A stretch of DNA of 64,000 nt, taken from an uncultured Pelagibacteraceae bacterium. GTDB taxonomy: Bacteria > Pseudomonadota > Alphaproteobacteria > Pelagibacterales > Pelagibacteraceae. The stretch spans positions 19,496-83,495 of the forward strand of contig CACIWE010000001.1 of the NCBI GenBank assembly GCA_902590285.1, written 5' to 3'. The translations under genes and the position numbers were made by a program. How positions within the stretch are numbered: the first letter of the stretch is position 1; each line of letters begins with the position of its first letter. Below the pieces are notes generated by a model. It did no database searches. It was not told the DNA's origin and saw only the letters and a program-made list of their open reading frames with translations. Shown here in pieces: positions 10,651-21,556 of the stretch.

Positions 10651-11394
10651 TTAATTTTTTTCTAAAAAAGCAATATCAGAATTTTCTAAATTGCCTTTAA
10701 AAATTTCAATTGTTTTGATGGTATTCATAATTTTTTGCTGGAACAATTCATCAAAAATTTCTGAAGGAAATTTTTTCTTTTTCTTGAGATTTTCTAGCAC
10801 CTCATCAATTAAAATATGATCAATATTTCGATTATAATTATAATAATTAGGATGTTTAAAATCTTCAATTACATATAAACCTTTATCTTTTAAATGGTCA
10901 AAAAAATATTTTAAGCCAATTAAAATATCACTTAAATTATGTGAACCGTCATCAATAATTAGATCAAATTTTTCAAATTGGTGTTCATCATATATTTTTT
11001 TTAAATTTGTAAAAACTTTTTTTTTATTGTTTATATCTACGCCAAAAACAAAAATTTTTTCTGACTTAAATTCAAAATTTGAAATATTTATATCAAAACA
11101 AAAAACTTTAGATCCCGGAAAAAATTTTACAAAAGAGGCTGCCGAAGCACCAGCGTATGATCCTATTTCTAAAATGTTAATTTTTTGGTTCTTATAATTT
11201 TCTAATTTTTTTTCATAAAATTTTGAATAAGCATGTCCATTAGAATTATTTTTTTTGAAAATATTGGCTTTATCGCTTCCGTAAAAATGAAAAAGATCAT
11301 CTAAAGTTTTATAATCAACTTTATCATGGTCAATTAAAATTTTATTTTTAAAATTATAAATTATTTTTCTTTTGAATAGACTGAAAAAATTCAA
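10651..11394 (-). CDS. Class I SAM-dependent methyltransferase, sugar O-methyltransferase-like
   Basis: GSDK..H.Y, ILEIGS, FDI and FDLIIDDGSH motifs. The TTG start abuts the rpsD stop. Confidence 0.65.
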   Translation of the reverse strand: MNFFSLFKRKIIYNFKNKILIDHDKVDYKTLDDLFHFYGSDKANIFKKNNSNGHAYSKFYEKKLENYKNQKINILEIGSYAGASAASFVKFFPGSKVFCFDINISNFEFKSEKIFVFGVDINNKKKVFTNLKKIYDEHQFEKFDLIIDDGSHNLSDILIGLKYFFDHLKDKGLYVIEDFKHPNYYNYNRNIDHILIDEVLENLKKKKKFPSEIFDELFQQKIMNTIKTIEIFKGNLENSDIAFLEKN

Positions 11395-12012
11395 TTATCT
11401 AGAGTAGTATTCTATAACTAAACTAGGTTCCATTATTACTGGGAAAGGAACTTCTGAAAATTTTGGAACTCGCACAAGTTTAGCAGTTTTATTTTTATCA
11501 TCCAACTGAATATACTCAGGCACATCTCTCTCTTTACTTTGTAATGATCCATCTATTACAGTTAGTTTTTTAGATTTTTCTCTTATTTCAATTAAATCGG
11601 TACTTCTTACAACATAACTCGCTATGTTAACTCTTTTTTTATTAACTTTTATATGTCCATGATTAATCATTTGTCTTGCGGCAAACACAGTGGGTGCAAA
11701 TTTAGCTCTATAAATTACTGTGTCTAATCTACTTTCTAGTAATGCAATTAAATTTTCTGTAGTGTCTCCTCTTTTAGATAAAGCCTTTCTATAAATATTT
11801 CTAAACTGCCTTTCATTAATATTTCCATAATAAGCTTTTAATTTCTGTTTGGCTTGTAGTTGAATACCGTAGTCTGTTGGTTTGCCTTTTTTATTCTGTC
11901 CGTGTTGACCTGGAGGATAAGCTCTAGAATTGAAAGGACTTTTAGGTCTCCCCCATATATTAGCTTTCAATCTTCGATCGACTTTGTGTTTTGATTTAAG
12001 TCTTTTTGTCAT
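11395..12012 (-). CDS. rpsD: 30S ribosomal protein S4
   Basis: [21 protein letters not shown] and VIEYYSR motifs. Confidence 0.98.
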   Translation of the reverse strand: MTKRLKSKHKVDRRLKANIWGRPKSPFNSRAYPPGQHGQNKKGKPTDYGIQLQAKQKLKAYYGNINERQFRNIYRKALSKRGDTTENLIALLESRLDTVIYRAKFAPTVFAARQMINHGHIKVNKKRVNIASYVVRSTDLIEIREKSKKLTVIDGSLQSKERDVPEYIQLDDKNKTAKLVRVPKFSEVPFPVIMEPSLVIEYYSR

Positions 12013-12069
12013 AATTAATAATTGTGTTGTTATAGTCTTTAACGTTGATTTGTCAATTAAGCTTTAATG

Positions 12070-12780
12070 TTATTTTTTACTCAATGTGCTTATAATACTA
12101 GCTAAAATCCTTAATTCTTTATCGTTTGGTTCTAATCTATAAATTAAATTATTTATATTTAATATCATTGAGTGCCTTTTCTCTTTAGGGATAAAAAAGT
12201 CTTTTTTTTCTAAAAGGCTAATCAAATGAGCTAATAAAGAGGATATTTTTGATTTAGATGAAATTTTTAAATTCAGTTGATTATTCTTAATTTTTTTATC
12301 ATTAAGTGATTTAAAAATCTCGTAACAAATGACAGTCAAAGAATGCGATAAGTTTAAAGATTTAAATTTAGGTGAAGTTGGAATTTGTAAAATATAATTA
12401 GAAAATGACAAATCTTTATTTGATAAACCTGATGCTTCAGGACCAAACATTAAACCCAAGTTAATATTTTTTCTTTTGATTATTTTTTGAAATTCTTTAA
12501 GTGAAATATTTTTTTTATTTATATCTCTACGTCTTGCACTTAAGGATATGACCAAATTAAAAGGCTCAATTGCATCTTGAATATTATCAAATACTTTCGC
12601 TTTATTAATAATATCATACGCTCCTACAGATGTTGCTTTAGCTTTATGATTTGGAAAATTAATTTTAGGCTCTACGATGTGAAGTTTTGAGAAACCAAAA
12701 TTTTTCATTGCTCTGGCACATGCACCTATGTTTTCACCTAGTTGCGGTTTTATTAGAATGAAACCAAATTTACTGCTCAT
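12070..12780 (-). CDS. trmJ: SPOUT tRNA/rRNA methyltransferase (TrmJ/LasT family)
   Basis: ENIGACARAMKNFG, FGPEASGL and SLNLS motifs. Confidence 0.85.
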   Translation of the reverse strand: MSSKFGFILIKPQLGENIGACARAMKNFGFSKLHIVEPKINFPNHKAKATSVGAYDIINKAKVFDNIQDAIEPFNLVISLSARRRDINKKNISLKEFQKIIKRKNINLGLMFGPEASGLSNKDLSFSNYILQIPTSPKFKSLNLSHSLTVICYEIFKSLNDKKIKNNQLNLKISSKSKISSLLAHLISLLEKKDFFIPKEKRHSMILNINNLIYRLEPNDKELRILASIISTLSKK

Positions 12781-14374
12781 TTAAATTAGCAGGAGCTTTT
12801 TCTTTATAAAGTTTATAATCTAAGCTATCAATTAATGCTTTAAATGAAGCTTCAATAATATTTGGAGATACACCAACTGTAAACCAACTAACACCTGTTT
12901 TATCAGTACTTTCAATTAAAACTCTTGTTGTTGCTTCAGTGCCAGTATTCAGAATTCTAACTTTATAATCAAGTAACTTTAAATCTGAAAAAAAATTATA
13001 GTATTTAGTTACTTTTTTAAAATTGGATCTGATCGCATTATCCAATGCATTTACAGGTCCATTTCCTTCACCATGACATTCAATTTCTTTTCCATCTATC
13101 AAGAAAATTACGCTTGCTTTTGTTTGTATTTTGTTAAATTTTGAAACATTCACATCGTAACTTTTTACTTTTAAATATTCAGGAACTTTACCTAATAATC
13201 TATTAGCTAATAATTCAAATGAAGCATCAGCTCCATCATACGAATAACCACTAAATTCTCTATCTTTCACCTCATCCAAAATTTTTTGGATTTTTGGATC
13301 TTTAGAGTCAATTTTAACTCCGTATTGTTCTAGTCTTGATAAAATATTTGATCGACCAGCTTGATTTGAAACAATAATATTTCTATGATTCCCAATCGTT
13401 TTTGGATCAATATGTTCGTAAGTTTTTGGATCTTTCTTCACTGCTGAAACGTGAAGACCTCCCTTGTGAGAAAAGGCTGAGGCGCCAACATAAGCCATAT
13501 TTTTATTAGGTTTTCTATTTAGTATTTCATCTAACAACCTTGAACATTCAGTTAATGAAGAAAGTTTATCTTTTTTAATGTTAATTTCGTACTTATCGCT
13601 AAAAGATTTTTTTAAACATAAGTTAGGAATAATTGACATCAAATTTGCATTACCACATCTCTCACCTAAACCATTAATGGTTCCTTGAATATGTCTCACG
13701 CCGCTTTCAACTGCAGCTAAAGAATTAGCCACGGCATTTTCTGTATCGTTATGCGCATGAATTCCAAGATTGTTTCCAGGTATTATTTTTGAAACTTTTG
13801 TAACGATTTCTCTAACCTCATTCGGTAGTGTGCCACCATTAGTATCACATAATACAACCCATCTAGCACCATTGTCGTAGGCTTGCTTCAAGCAGTCAAT
13901 TGCATATTCTGGGTTAGCCTTATAACCATCAAAAAAATGTTCTGCATCAAACAAAAATTCTTTCTTGTTTTTAACAAAATGTTTTGCTGTTTCTTTGATG
14001 TTTTCTAAATTTTCCTCTTTTTGGATTCCTAAAGCAACTTTTACATGAAAATCCCAAGATTTTCCTACTACACAAACTGCTGGCGTATTCGCATTCATTA
14101 AAGAAGCTAAACCGGGATCGTTATCTGCACTTCGACCGGTTTTTTTGGTCATACCGAATGCAGTAAATAAAGTTTGTTGCATTTTGGGTGGGCTAGAAAA
14201 AAATTTTGTATCAACAGGATTTGCCCCAGGCCATCCTCCCTCTACATAATCAACACCTAAATCTGATAAAACTTTTGCTATTTTATTTTTATCTTCAATT
14301 GAGAAATCAACACCTTCTGTCTGAGCTCCGTCTCTTAAAGTGGTGTCAAATATATATATTTTCTCTTTACTCAT
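12770..14374 (-). CDS. cimA: Citramalate synthase
   Basis: DTTLRDGAQ, EGGWPGANP, GKSWDFHV, DAEHFFDGYK and HAHND motifs (CimA-type DRE-TIM). Confidence 0.88.
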   Translation of the reverse strand: MSKEKIYIFDTTLRDGAQTEGVDFSIEDKNKIAKVLSDLGVDYVEGGWPGANPVDTKFFSSPPKMQQTLFTAFGMTKKTGRSADNDPGLASLMNANTPAVCVVGKSWDFHVKVALGIQKEENLENIKETAKHFVKNKKEFLFDAEHFFDGYKANPEYAIDCLKQAYDNGARWVVLCDTNGGTLPNEVREIVTKVSKIIPGNNLGIHAHNDTENAVANSLAAVESGVRHIQGTINGLGERCGNANLMSIIPNLCLKKSFSDKYEINIKKDKLSSLTECSRLLDEILNRKPNKNMAYVGASAFSHKGGLHVSAVKKDPKTYEHIDPKTIGNHRNIIVSNQAGRSNILSRLEQYGVKIDSKDPKIQKILDEVKDREFSGYSYDGADASFELLANRLLGKVPEYLKVKSYDVNVSKFNKIQTKASVIFLIDGKEIECHGEGNGPVNALDNAIRSNFKKVTKYYNFFSDLKLLDYKVRILNTGTEATTRVLIESTDKTGVSWFTVGVSPNIIEASFKALIDSLDYKLYKEKAPANLNEQ

Positions 14375-15720
14375 TTAAATTTCCAAGTTGTCTGTTCTTT
14401 TTTATCCTCAATGATTACTCCTTTACTTGCTAGTTCAACTCTTATTTTATCAGCAAGCTTATAATCTCCTTTTTGTTTTGCTGCCAATCTTTCTTTAATT
14501 TTTTTTTCAATAAATTCTTCTGAAATATCTTTATTTACTTTTTTAAACTCTTCCCACTCGTTTTTTGTTAAATCAAACAAACCAATTAATTTACAAGCAC
14601 TATTAAAAAATTTCTTACTTTTTTCATCACCTTTATTTGCGTTTGCATAAAGTTTGTGAATTTTAGCAATGAAGCCAGGAGTATTTAAATCATCGAGTAA
14701 CATGTCTATCTCTTTCAAAGGTATTTCTTCATTATTTTCTTCATATAATTGATACCATTTTTCAATGGTTGCTCGTTGATTTTCTAAAAGTTTATTATTC
14801 CAATCTAGTGGTTGACTGTAGTGAGCACTTAATAATGCTAACCTAACAACCTGACCGGAATATTTTTTAGTTGCATCAGTTATAGAAATTATATTGCCTA
14901 AAGACTTTGACATCTTTTCATTATTAATGGTTACAAATCCGTTATGAACCCAATAATTTGCAAAGTTTTTCGTATTATTGTTACAACAAGACTGAGCTAT
15001 CTCATTTTCATGATGAGGAAAAATTAAATCAAGACCACCGCCATGAATATCTAAATTTTTACCAAGGTATTTTTCGCTCATCGCTGAACATTCAAGATGC
15101 CAGCCTGGTCTACCTCTTCCCCAAGGCGAATCCCAACCAGGATCTTTTTCATTTGAAGGCTTCCATAAAACAAAGTCCATTGGATTTTTTTTTAGATCAG
15201 AAATTTCTATTCTACTCCCTGCCTTTAACTCATCTAAATTTTTGTTTGACAATTTTCCATAATCTTTAAATTTGCTTACAGCAAAAAAAACATGGTTTTT
15301 ATTTTCGTAAGCAAAACCCTTTTTGATTAATGAAGATGTCATTTCAATCATTTCTTTTACATGTTCTGTGGCTTTTGGCTCTAGCGTTGGTTTTAAACAG
15401 TTTAAACTCTTGCAATTTTCATGAAAAATTTTAATCACTCTATTAGTAATTTCATTTATATCTTCTTTATTATTTTGAGAAGCTTCTATTATCTTGTCAT
15501 CTACATCAGTAATATTTCTTACGTAAGTTACATTTGAATTGTACAGCACCTTTAAAACTCTAAATAAAACATCAAACACTACAAGAGTTCTTGCATTACC
15601 TACATGGGGACTCTCATATACAGTCGGTCCACAGGCATATAAGGAAATCTTTTTTATATTATTTGGCTTAAATACTTCTTTTTTTCTTGTAAGAGAATTT
15701 GTTAATTTTAAGCTATTCAT
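14371..15720 (-). CDS. cysS: Cysteine--tRNA ligase
   Basis: CGPTVY..HVGN, GRPGWHLECS and KMSKS motifs. Confidence 0.97.
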   Translation of the reverse strand: MNSLKLTNSLTRKKEVFKPNNIKKISLYACGPTVYESPHVGNARTLVVFDVLFRVLKVLYNSNVTYVRNITDVDDKIIEASQNNKEDINEITNRVIKIFHENCKSLNCLKPTLEPKATEHVKEMIEMTSSLIKKGFAYENKNHVFFAVSKFKDYGKLSNKNLDELKAGSRIEISDLKKNPMDFVLWKPSNEKDPGWDSPWGRGRPGWHLECSAMSEKYLGKNLDIHGGGLDLIFPHHENEIAQSCCNNNTKNFANYWVHNGFVTINNEKMSKSLGNIISITDATKKYSGQVVRLALLSAHYSQPLDWNNKLLENQRATIEKWYQLYEENNEEIPLKEIDMLLDDLNTPGFIAKIHKLYANANKGDEKSKKFFNSACKLIGLFDLTKNEWEEFKKVNKDISEEFIEKKIKERLAAKQKGDYKLADKIRVELASKGVIIEDKKEQTTWKFK

Positions 15721-16450
15721 TAAATGTACATACCGGTATCGGATTCATTTTGTGTAAATTTTTTTCTCTTATTTCTAAATATTTTTGATAGTTTGGATCG
15801 TCTTTATTTTCCATAGCTTTCTCTAAATCTGCATAACTCATTCCAAGTTGTTCTACGTCGTTTCTTCCATCATCCCATAGACCATCTGTGGGTTGGGCAT
15901 TAATTATTTCTTCGGACACACCAAGATGTCTGCCTAACTCCCACACTTGAGATTTGTTGCAGTCAGCTATAGGAGAGATATCGACTCCACCATCGCCATA
16001 TTTAGTATAAAAACCAACGCCAAAATCCTCAACTTTGTTACCTGTTCCGACAACAATTCCATTATTTGCTGCTGCTACTTGGTATAAAGTTGCCATTCTC
16101 AACCTTGCTCTTGAATTTGCATAACCATGCTCATTATCAAATTTATTTAAAACTTTTGAAAATGAGTTAAAGATTTGATCCATCTCTAACAAATGATGTT
16201 CAACATTTTTGTATTTTTGTTTCAACCATTTAGCATGTGTCAAACTTAAATCATGTTGAGATTTGATTTGTTTAATTGGCATTGTTAACACAATTGTTTT
16301 TCTACCAGTGTTTGCACATAAAGTACTAACTACAGAAGAGTCTATTCCACCCGATATTCCAACTACTAATGATTGTGGCTTATAAGAAGCATTATTGCAA
16401 TAGTTGTCTATCCAGTCGGTTATTATTTTTGCTCTTTTTTTAACATCCAT
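15713..16450 (-). CDS. nadE: NH3-dependent NAD+ synthetase
   Basis: GISGGIDS, ARLRM and GFYTKYGDG motifs. Confidence 0.95.
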   Translation of the reverse strand: MDVKKRAKIITDWIDNYCNNASYKPQSLVVGISGGIDSSVVSTLCANTGRKTIVLTMPIKQIKSQHDLSLTHAKWLKQKYKNVEHHLLEMDQIFNSFSKVLNKFDNEHGYANSRARLRMATLYQVAAANNGIVVGTGNKVEDFGVGFYTKYGDGGVDISPIADCNKSQVWELGRHLGVSEEIINAQPTDGLWDDGRNDVEQLGMSYADLEKAMENKDDPNYQKYLEIREKNLHKMNPIPVCTFNE

Positions 16451-16503
16451 AATTAATACCTTACCTTTCTTTTAAGGTTTGGTCTTAATAATTACAATAA
16501 TTA

Positions 16504-17886
16504 TTAAGACGCAGCTTGAATAATTTTATTTGATATTTTTGAATTTTTCTTAATTTCCTCAGAAATCAAAAAAGCTAATTCTAATGCTTGGTCTGCATTT
16601 AATCTCGGATCGCAGTGAGTCCTATATCTGCTAGAAAGATCTTTCTCAGAGATTTTTTGAGCTCCGCCTGTACATTCAGTCACATCTTGACCGGTCATCT
16701 CGATATGTAATCCACCAGCATAACTTTTTTCTGCATGACTAACTGCAAAGAAATTTTTTACCTCTTTAAGAACACTTTCAAAAGGTCTTGTTTTAAATCC
16801 TGTAGCTGCTTTAATTGTATTTCCGTGCATAGGATCACAAGACCAAATAACTTTTAGACCTTCTTTTTTGATAGCTTGCATTAATTTTGGTAAATATTTT
16901 TGAACATTATCAGCCCCAAATCTTGAAATTAATGTTAATCTGCCAGCTTCGTTTTCAGGATTAAGAATATTACATAAGTTAATCAATTCCTCTGGTTTTA
17001 ATGTTGGACCACATTTAAGACCTATAGGATTTTTTATACCTCTACAAAATTCTACGTGAGCACCATCAGGTTGTCTTGTTCTATCTCCTATCCAAACAAA
17101 ATGAGCTGAAGTATCATGATATTCTCCTGTAGTAGAGTCTACGCGAGTCATGGACTCCTCGAATGGTAAATGTAAAGCTTCGTGTGAAGTATAAAAGTTC
17201 ACAGTTCTTAATCGTCTATTGTTATCCGAGTTAATTCCACAAGCGTCCATAAAAGCAAGTGCATCACTTATCTTATCTTCAATCTCTTTATATTTACCTT
17301 TGGTTTTATCTTTAATAAATCCTAAGTTCCATAAATGCACTTGTCTAAGATCTGCAAATCCCCCTTGAGAAAAAGCTCTTAACAAATTTAGTGTAGAGGC
17401 TGATTGTGAATATGCTCTGAATAATCTTTTTGCATCTGGAATTCTTGCTTTTTCAGTAAACTCCATTCCATTAATGTTGTCACCTAGATAACTTGGCAAT
17501 TCTTTACCATCTTTTTTTTCAGTTGGAGCACTTCTTGGTTTTGAAAATTGTCCAGCTATTCTACCAACCTTTACAACGGGCACTGAGGCTGATGCTGTCA
17601 AAACTAAAGACATTTGTAAAAGAACTTTAAACGTATCTCTTATATTATCAGGATGAAATTCGGCAAAACTCTCTGCACAATCTCCACCTTGTAATAAAAA
17701 GGCTTTTCCCTCAGAAACCTCAGCTAAAGATTTTTTTAGGGACCTTGACTCTCCAGCAAAAACTAATGGAGGATATTTTTTAATTTTACTTAGAACTAGA
17801 TCAAGTTCCTCTTTATCCTGATAAACTGGTAGATGTTTAGCAGGAAATTTTGTCCAACTATTTAAATTCCATTTTTTCATATTCAA
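16504..17886 (-). CDS. Class II 3-deoxy-7-phosphoheptulonate (DAHP) synthase
   Basis: [35 protein letters not shown] and CDPRLN motifs. Confidence 0.95.
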   Translation of the reverse strand: MNMKKWNLNSWTKFPAKHLPVYQDKEELDLVLSKIKKYPPLVFAGESRSLKKSLAEVSEGKAFLLQGGDCAESFAEFHPDNIRDTFKVLLQMSLVLTASASVPVVKVGRIAGQFSKPRSAPTEKKDGKELPSYLGDNINGMEFTEKARIPDAKRLFRAYSQSASTLNLLRAFSQGGFADLRQVHLWNLGFIKDKTKGKYKEIEDKISDALAFMDACGINSDNNRRLRTVNFYTSHEALHLPFEESMTRVDSTTGEYHDTSAHFVWIGDRTRQPDGAHVEFCRGIKNPIGLKCGPTLKPEELINLCNILNPENEAGRLTLISRFGADNVQKYLPKLMQAIKKEGLKVIWSCDPMHGNTIKAATGFKTRPFESVLKEVKNFFAVSHAEKSYAGGLHIEMTGQDVTECTGGAQKISEKDLSSRYRTHCDPRLNADQALELAFLISEEIKKNSKISNKIIQAAS

Positions 17887-17946
17887 CCTGCGCTATATAT
17901 AGAGTAATCGTAAAAAATATTCAACATAATATTGGCTCTATATCTA

Positions 17947-18360
17947 CTAAAATGTTTCTACTTTGCTATTTAAAGAGATAAGTTTTAATTCAATCTTCAA
18001 TTTTGGATATTTTTTTTTGAAAATTTTTTTTATTTTTTGAAAAGAATTTCTGTGAATTTTCGTCTCATTAATTCTGGTAAATTCTTTTTTTCTGTTAATT
18101 ATTTTTGCAGCCCCACAATCTCGGTGATTGATTACAATTAATTTTTTAATATCGTGTAATTTTATAGAAGTATTAAAATTATCCCAAAAAGATTTTTGCC
18201 ATTTTTTAAATTTATTAGCTGTAACGCCTATAGCAGAACCTGCAATTGTAAATGCACTATATTTTCCATTTAATTTTTTTTTTTTAAGGTAATTGTAAAC
18301 TATGGGCTGAAAGCGTGGGTCCATACAAGATAGAACCATTGCTTGGTATTTTTTTTTCAT
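17947..18360 (-). CDS. Small beta-class carbonic anhydrase-like protein
   Basis: Zn-binding CMDPR and HRDCG motifs. Confidence 0.75.
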   Translation of the reverse strand: MKKKYQAMVLSCMDPRFQPIVYNYLKKKKLNGKYSAFTIAGSAIGVTANKFKKWQKSFWDNFNTSIKLHDIKKLIVINHRDCGAAKIINRKKEFTRINETKIHRNSFQKIKKIFKKKYPKLKIELKLISLNSKVETF

Positions 18361-18361
18361 T

Positions 18362-20179
18362 TCATTCGACTGTAACTGACTTAGCTAAGTTTCGAGGTTT
18401 ATCAATATCACAATTTTTTAATAGCGCTACATGATATGCTAACAGTTGCAAAGGAATAGTTAACAATAGAGGCGATAGTAAGCTATCAACACGAGGTACT
18501 CTTAATCTAAATCTAATATTAGTGCTTAATAATCGTTTATTATTATCAGTTATAAAAAATATTTTTCCTCCTCTAGCTATAACTTCCTGCGTATTTGAAA
18601 GAGTTTTTTCATAATATTTATCTTTTGGAGCAATTACTATTACTGGTAAACCCTCTTCTATTAAAGCTAAAGGTCCATGTTTCATTTCCCCTGCCGGGTA
18701 ACCTTCCGCATGTAAATAGGATAGTTCTTTTAATTTTAAAGCACCTTCTAGAGCTACTGGAAAAGAATTCCCTCTTCCTAAAAACATTGATCCTTTAGCA
18801 TCTAAAAATTCTCTAGCCATTAATTGAATCTCACTTTCAAGTTTTAAAGTATTTTTAATTGAGTCAGGAAGTTTTTGTAAGTTCTCAACATTTATATCAT
18901 AATTATTTTTATCAATGTCCTCTCTAACAATAGAAAGTTTAAGTGTGAGAATATATAAAACTATTAATTGACCTAAAAAAGCTTTTGTTGACGCTACACC
19001 GATTTCTGGACCAGCGTGAATAGGTAAAACCCAATCTGAATTTCTTGCAATTGTGCTTTCAACTACATTAACTATTGAGCAAGTTTTTGCTTTATTTTTT
19101 TTACAAATATCTAAAGCTGCAGCAGTGTCAGCAGTTTCGCCAGATTGAGAAACAAAAATATATAAGTTATTAGAATTAAATTTTAAATTTCTATATCGAA
19201 ATTCTGAGGCTATATCTATTTCAACGTCAATTGATGTTAATTCTTCAAACCAATACTTAGCAACCAAGCATGAATGGTAAGCAGTACCACATCCAATTAA
19301 TATTACCTTATTAATTTTTTTTGGATCTATCGGAAAGTTATAAATATTTATATCTTTTTTGATACTATCAGTATACTCACTAATGCATTTTTTTATTGTG
19401 CTTGATTGTTCAAAAATCTCTTTAGACATAAAGTTTTTATAATCACCTTTATCCGAAGTATTTTCATCGTCAGATACGGTATAAACTTTTTTATTTATTT
19501 TAGTTTGTTTTGAATCGTAAAAAGTCACATCACTTTGAGTTAGCATGCATACTTCTCCATCATCTAGGTAAGAAATTTTATTTGTCATGGATTTTAAAGC
19601 ATAAGAATCTGAACCTAAGTAATTTTCTTCATTAGAATAACCCACAGCTAAAGGGCTACCTCTTCTTGCTCCTATAATAACATCTGAATGATTTCTAAAT
19701 ATGATACCAAGAGCAAAACTGCCTTTTAATTTTTTTAAAGTTTTAAATACTGAGTCTAACGGTTTTGAATCTTTTAAATATTGTGTGATTAAAATAGTTA
19801 TTACTTCAGTATCTGTCTGTGATTTAAATTTAAATCCTTTATTTTCAAGATTTTTTTTTAATTCATCAGAATTTTCAATTATTCCATTATGAACAACGGA
19901 TACTTCTTCTGAGGAATGTGGATGCGCATTTATAATATTAGGAATTCCGTGTGTAGCCCATCTAACATGTCCTATTCCGATGTTGCCGTTTGAAGGGTTT
20001 TTAAATAATATTTTTTCTAACTCCTCTACCCTTCCAGAACATTTTTTTTCTTCAATTAAATTATTATCTAAAGTTGCTATTCCAGCAGAGTCATAACCTC
20101 TGTATTCTAATTTTTTTAGAGAATTAATTATATTAATTGAAACAGGTTTATTACTTGCAATTCCAATAATTCCACACAT
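18362..20179 (-). CDS. glmS: Glutamine--fructose-6-phosphate transaminase
   Basis: MCGI N-terminus, EYRGYDSAG and C-terminal PRNLAKSVTVE. Confidence 0.98.
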   Translation of the reverse strand: MCGIIGIASNKPVSINIINSLKKLEYRGYDSAGIATLDNNLIEEKKCSGRVEELEKILFKNPSNGNIGIGHVRWATHGIPNIINAHPHSSEEVSVVHNGIIENSDELKKNLENKGFKFKSQTDTEVITILITQYLKDSKPLDSVFKTLKKLKGSFALGIIFRNHSDVIIGARRGSPLAVGYSNEENYLGSDSYALKSMTNKISYLDDGEVCMLTQSDVTFYDSKQTKINKKVYTVSDDENTSDKGDYKNFMSKEIFEQSSTIKKCISEYTDSIKKDINIYNFPIDPKKINKVILIGCGTAYHSCLVAKYWFEELTSIDVEIDIASEFRYRNLKFNSNNLYIFVSQSGETADTAAALDICKKNKAKTCSIVNVVESTIARNSDWVLPIHAGPEIGVASTKAFLGQLIVLYILTLKLSIVREDIDKNNYDINVENLQKLPDSIKNTLKLESEIQLMAREFLDAKGSMFLGRGNSFPVALEGALKLKELSYLHAEGYPAGEMKHGPLALIEEGLPVIVIAPKDKYYEKTLSNTQEVIARGGKIFFITDNNKRLLSTNIRFRLRVPRVDSLLSPLLLTIPLQLLAYHVALLKNCDIDKPRNLAKSVTVE

Positions 20180-20823
20180 TACTTTTTCTTTCTTTTATAA
20201 TTATTAATTTCAACTTGCTTTGCTCTAGTTAGTGCTAAAGATTTTTTCTTTACATTTTTAGTAATTACTGAACCCGCGCCAACTATGCTATTTTTATCAA
20301 TGCTTACTGGAGCCACAAGTGATGAATTAGATCCTATGAAAACATTTTCAGAAATTTTTGTTTTTGATTTTTTTATTCCATCATAGTTACATGTAATAGT
20401 ACCAGCACCAATATTTGAATTTTTTCCAATATACGTATCACCAATATATGAAAGATGATTAACTTTTGAATTTTGATTTATATTTGACTTTTTAGTTTCA
20501 ACAAAATTTCCAATTTTTGAATTATTTTTCAAAACTGTGCCTTCTCTTAATCTTGCATATGGACCAACAGAAACATTCTTCTCTATTTTAGTTCCCTCAA
20601 TATGACTAAATGATTTTATATATGAATTATCTCCCACTTTTACTTTTGGACCAAAAACTACATAAGGTTCTACCGTAACATTATTCCCAAAAGTGGTATC
20701 TGCTGATAAAAAAATTGTTTCAGGTGCAATTAAATTAACACCGTTTGCTAAAGCCCTATTTCTTAAAACTTCTTGCGTTAAACGATATGAATTAGCTTTA
20801 TCTAATTTTATATTTCTTTTCAT
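20179..20823 (-). CDS. glmU: GlmU C-terminal glucosamine-1-phosphate acetyltransferase domain only
   Basis: Hexapeptide repeats with GPYARLR, GNFVETK, HLSYIGD and NIGAGTITCNYDG. Only 214 aa, with no N-terminal nucleotidyltransferase domain. Upstream of glmS. Confidence 0.85.
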   Translation of the reverse strand: MKRNIKLDKANSYRLTQEVLRNRALANGVNLIAPETIFLSADTTFGNNVTVEPYVVFGPKVKVGDNSYIKSFSHIEGTKIEKNVSVGPYARLREGTVLKNNSKIGNFVETKKSNINQNSKVNHLSYIGDTYIGKNSNIGAGTITCNYDGIKKSKTKISENVFIGSNSSLVAPVSIDKNSIVGAGSVITKNVKKKSLALTRAKQVEINNYKRKKK

Positions 20824-20893
20824 TTAAAAATTCTTTACATTAGGAATGTAACTTAAATAAGTCACAAAATATTTCTTTTTAATACTTTTAAAT

Positions 20894-21556
20894 ATGAGTC
20901 AAATTTATACAATTTTATTCGATTTAGACGGAACAATAGTCAACACTGCGCCAGATTTAATGGCGGCTCATAATTACGTGATGAAAAAATTCGGTCATGC
21001 TGAAAAAAAATTATCAGATATAAAGTCTTTAGCCGGTAAAGGTGCGTGGGTAATGATGCAAAGATCTTTTAAAGAAGAAATAAAAGATGAAAAAATTAAA
21101 AAGGAAATGACTAAAGAGTTTATTGACTATTACGCAAAAAATATTGATCAACATAGTCAGCCACTAAAAGGATCAATTGAATTTTTTAATTGGGCTAAAA
21201 ATAAAAATATTTCAATGTGTGTGTGTACAAACAAACAAGAAAAATTAGCTATAGATCTCTTAAAAAAATTAAATATTTATAAATATTTTGATTATGTCGC
21301 TGGTTGTGACACGTTTTCATTTAATAAACCTGATCCAAGACATTTGACCGATGTTGTTGGAATAATTGGTGGAGATTTAAAAAAAACATTAATGGTTGGA
21401 GATAGCGAGGTTGATGCCAATTCAGCTCATAATGCTAATTTACCATTTATATTAGTAAAAGATGGATATACAGAAAAGTCTGAAAAAGAAATTAAGCATG
21501 ATGAGTTAATAACTGACTTTATTGGGTTTGATAAAATTATAGAGAAATATTTATGA
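20894..21556 (+). CDS. gph: HAD hydrolase, phosphoglycolate phosphatase-like
   Basis: FDLDGT, CTNK, KPDP and MVGDS motifs. Confidence 0.8.
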   Translation: MSQIYTILFDLDGTIVNTAPDLMAAHNYVMKKFGHAEKKLSDIKSLAGKGAWVMMQRSFKEEIKDEKIKKEMTKEFIDYYAKNIDQHSQPLKGSIEFFNWAKNKNISMCVCTNKQEKLAIDLLKKLNIYKYFDYVAGCDTFSFNKPDPRHLTDVVGIIGGDLKKTLMVGDSEVDANSAHNANLPFILVKDGYTEKSEKEIKHDELITDFIGFDKIIEKYL

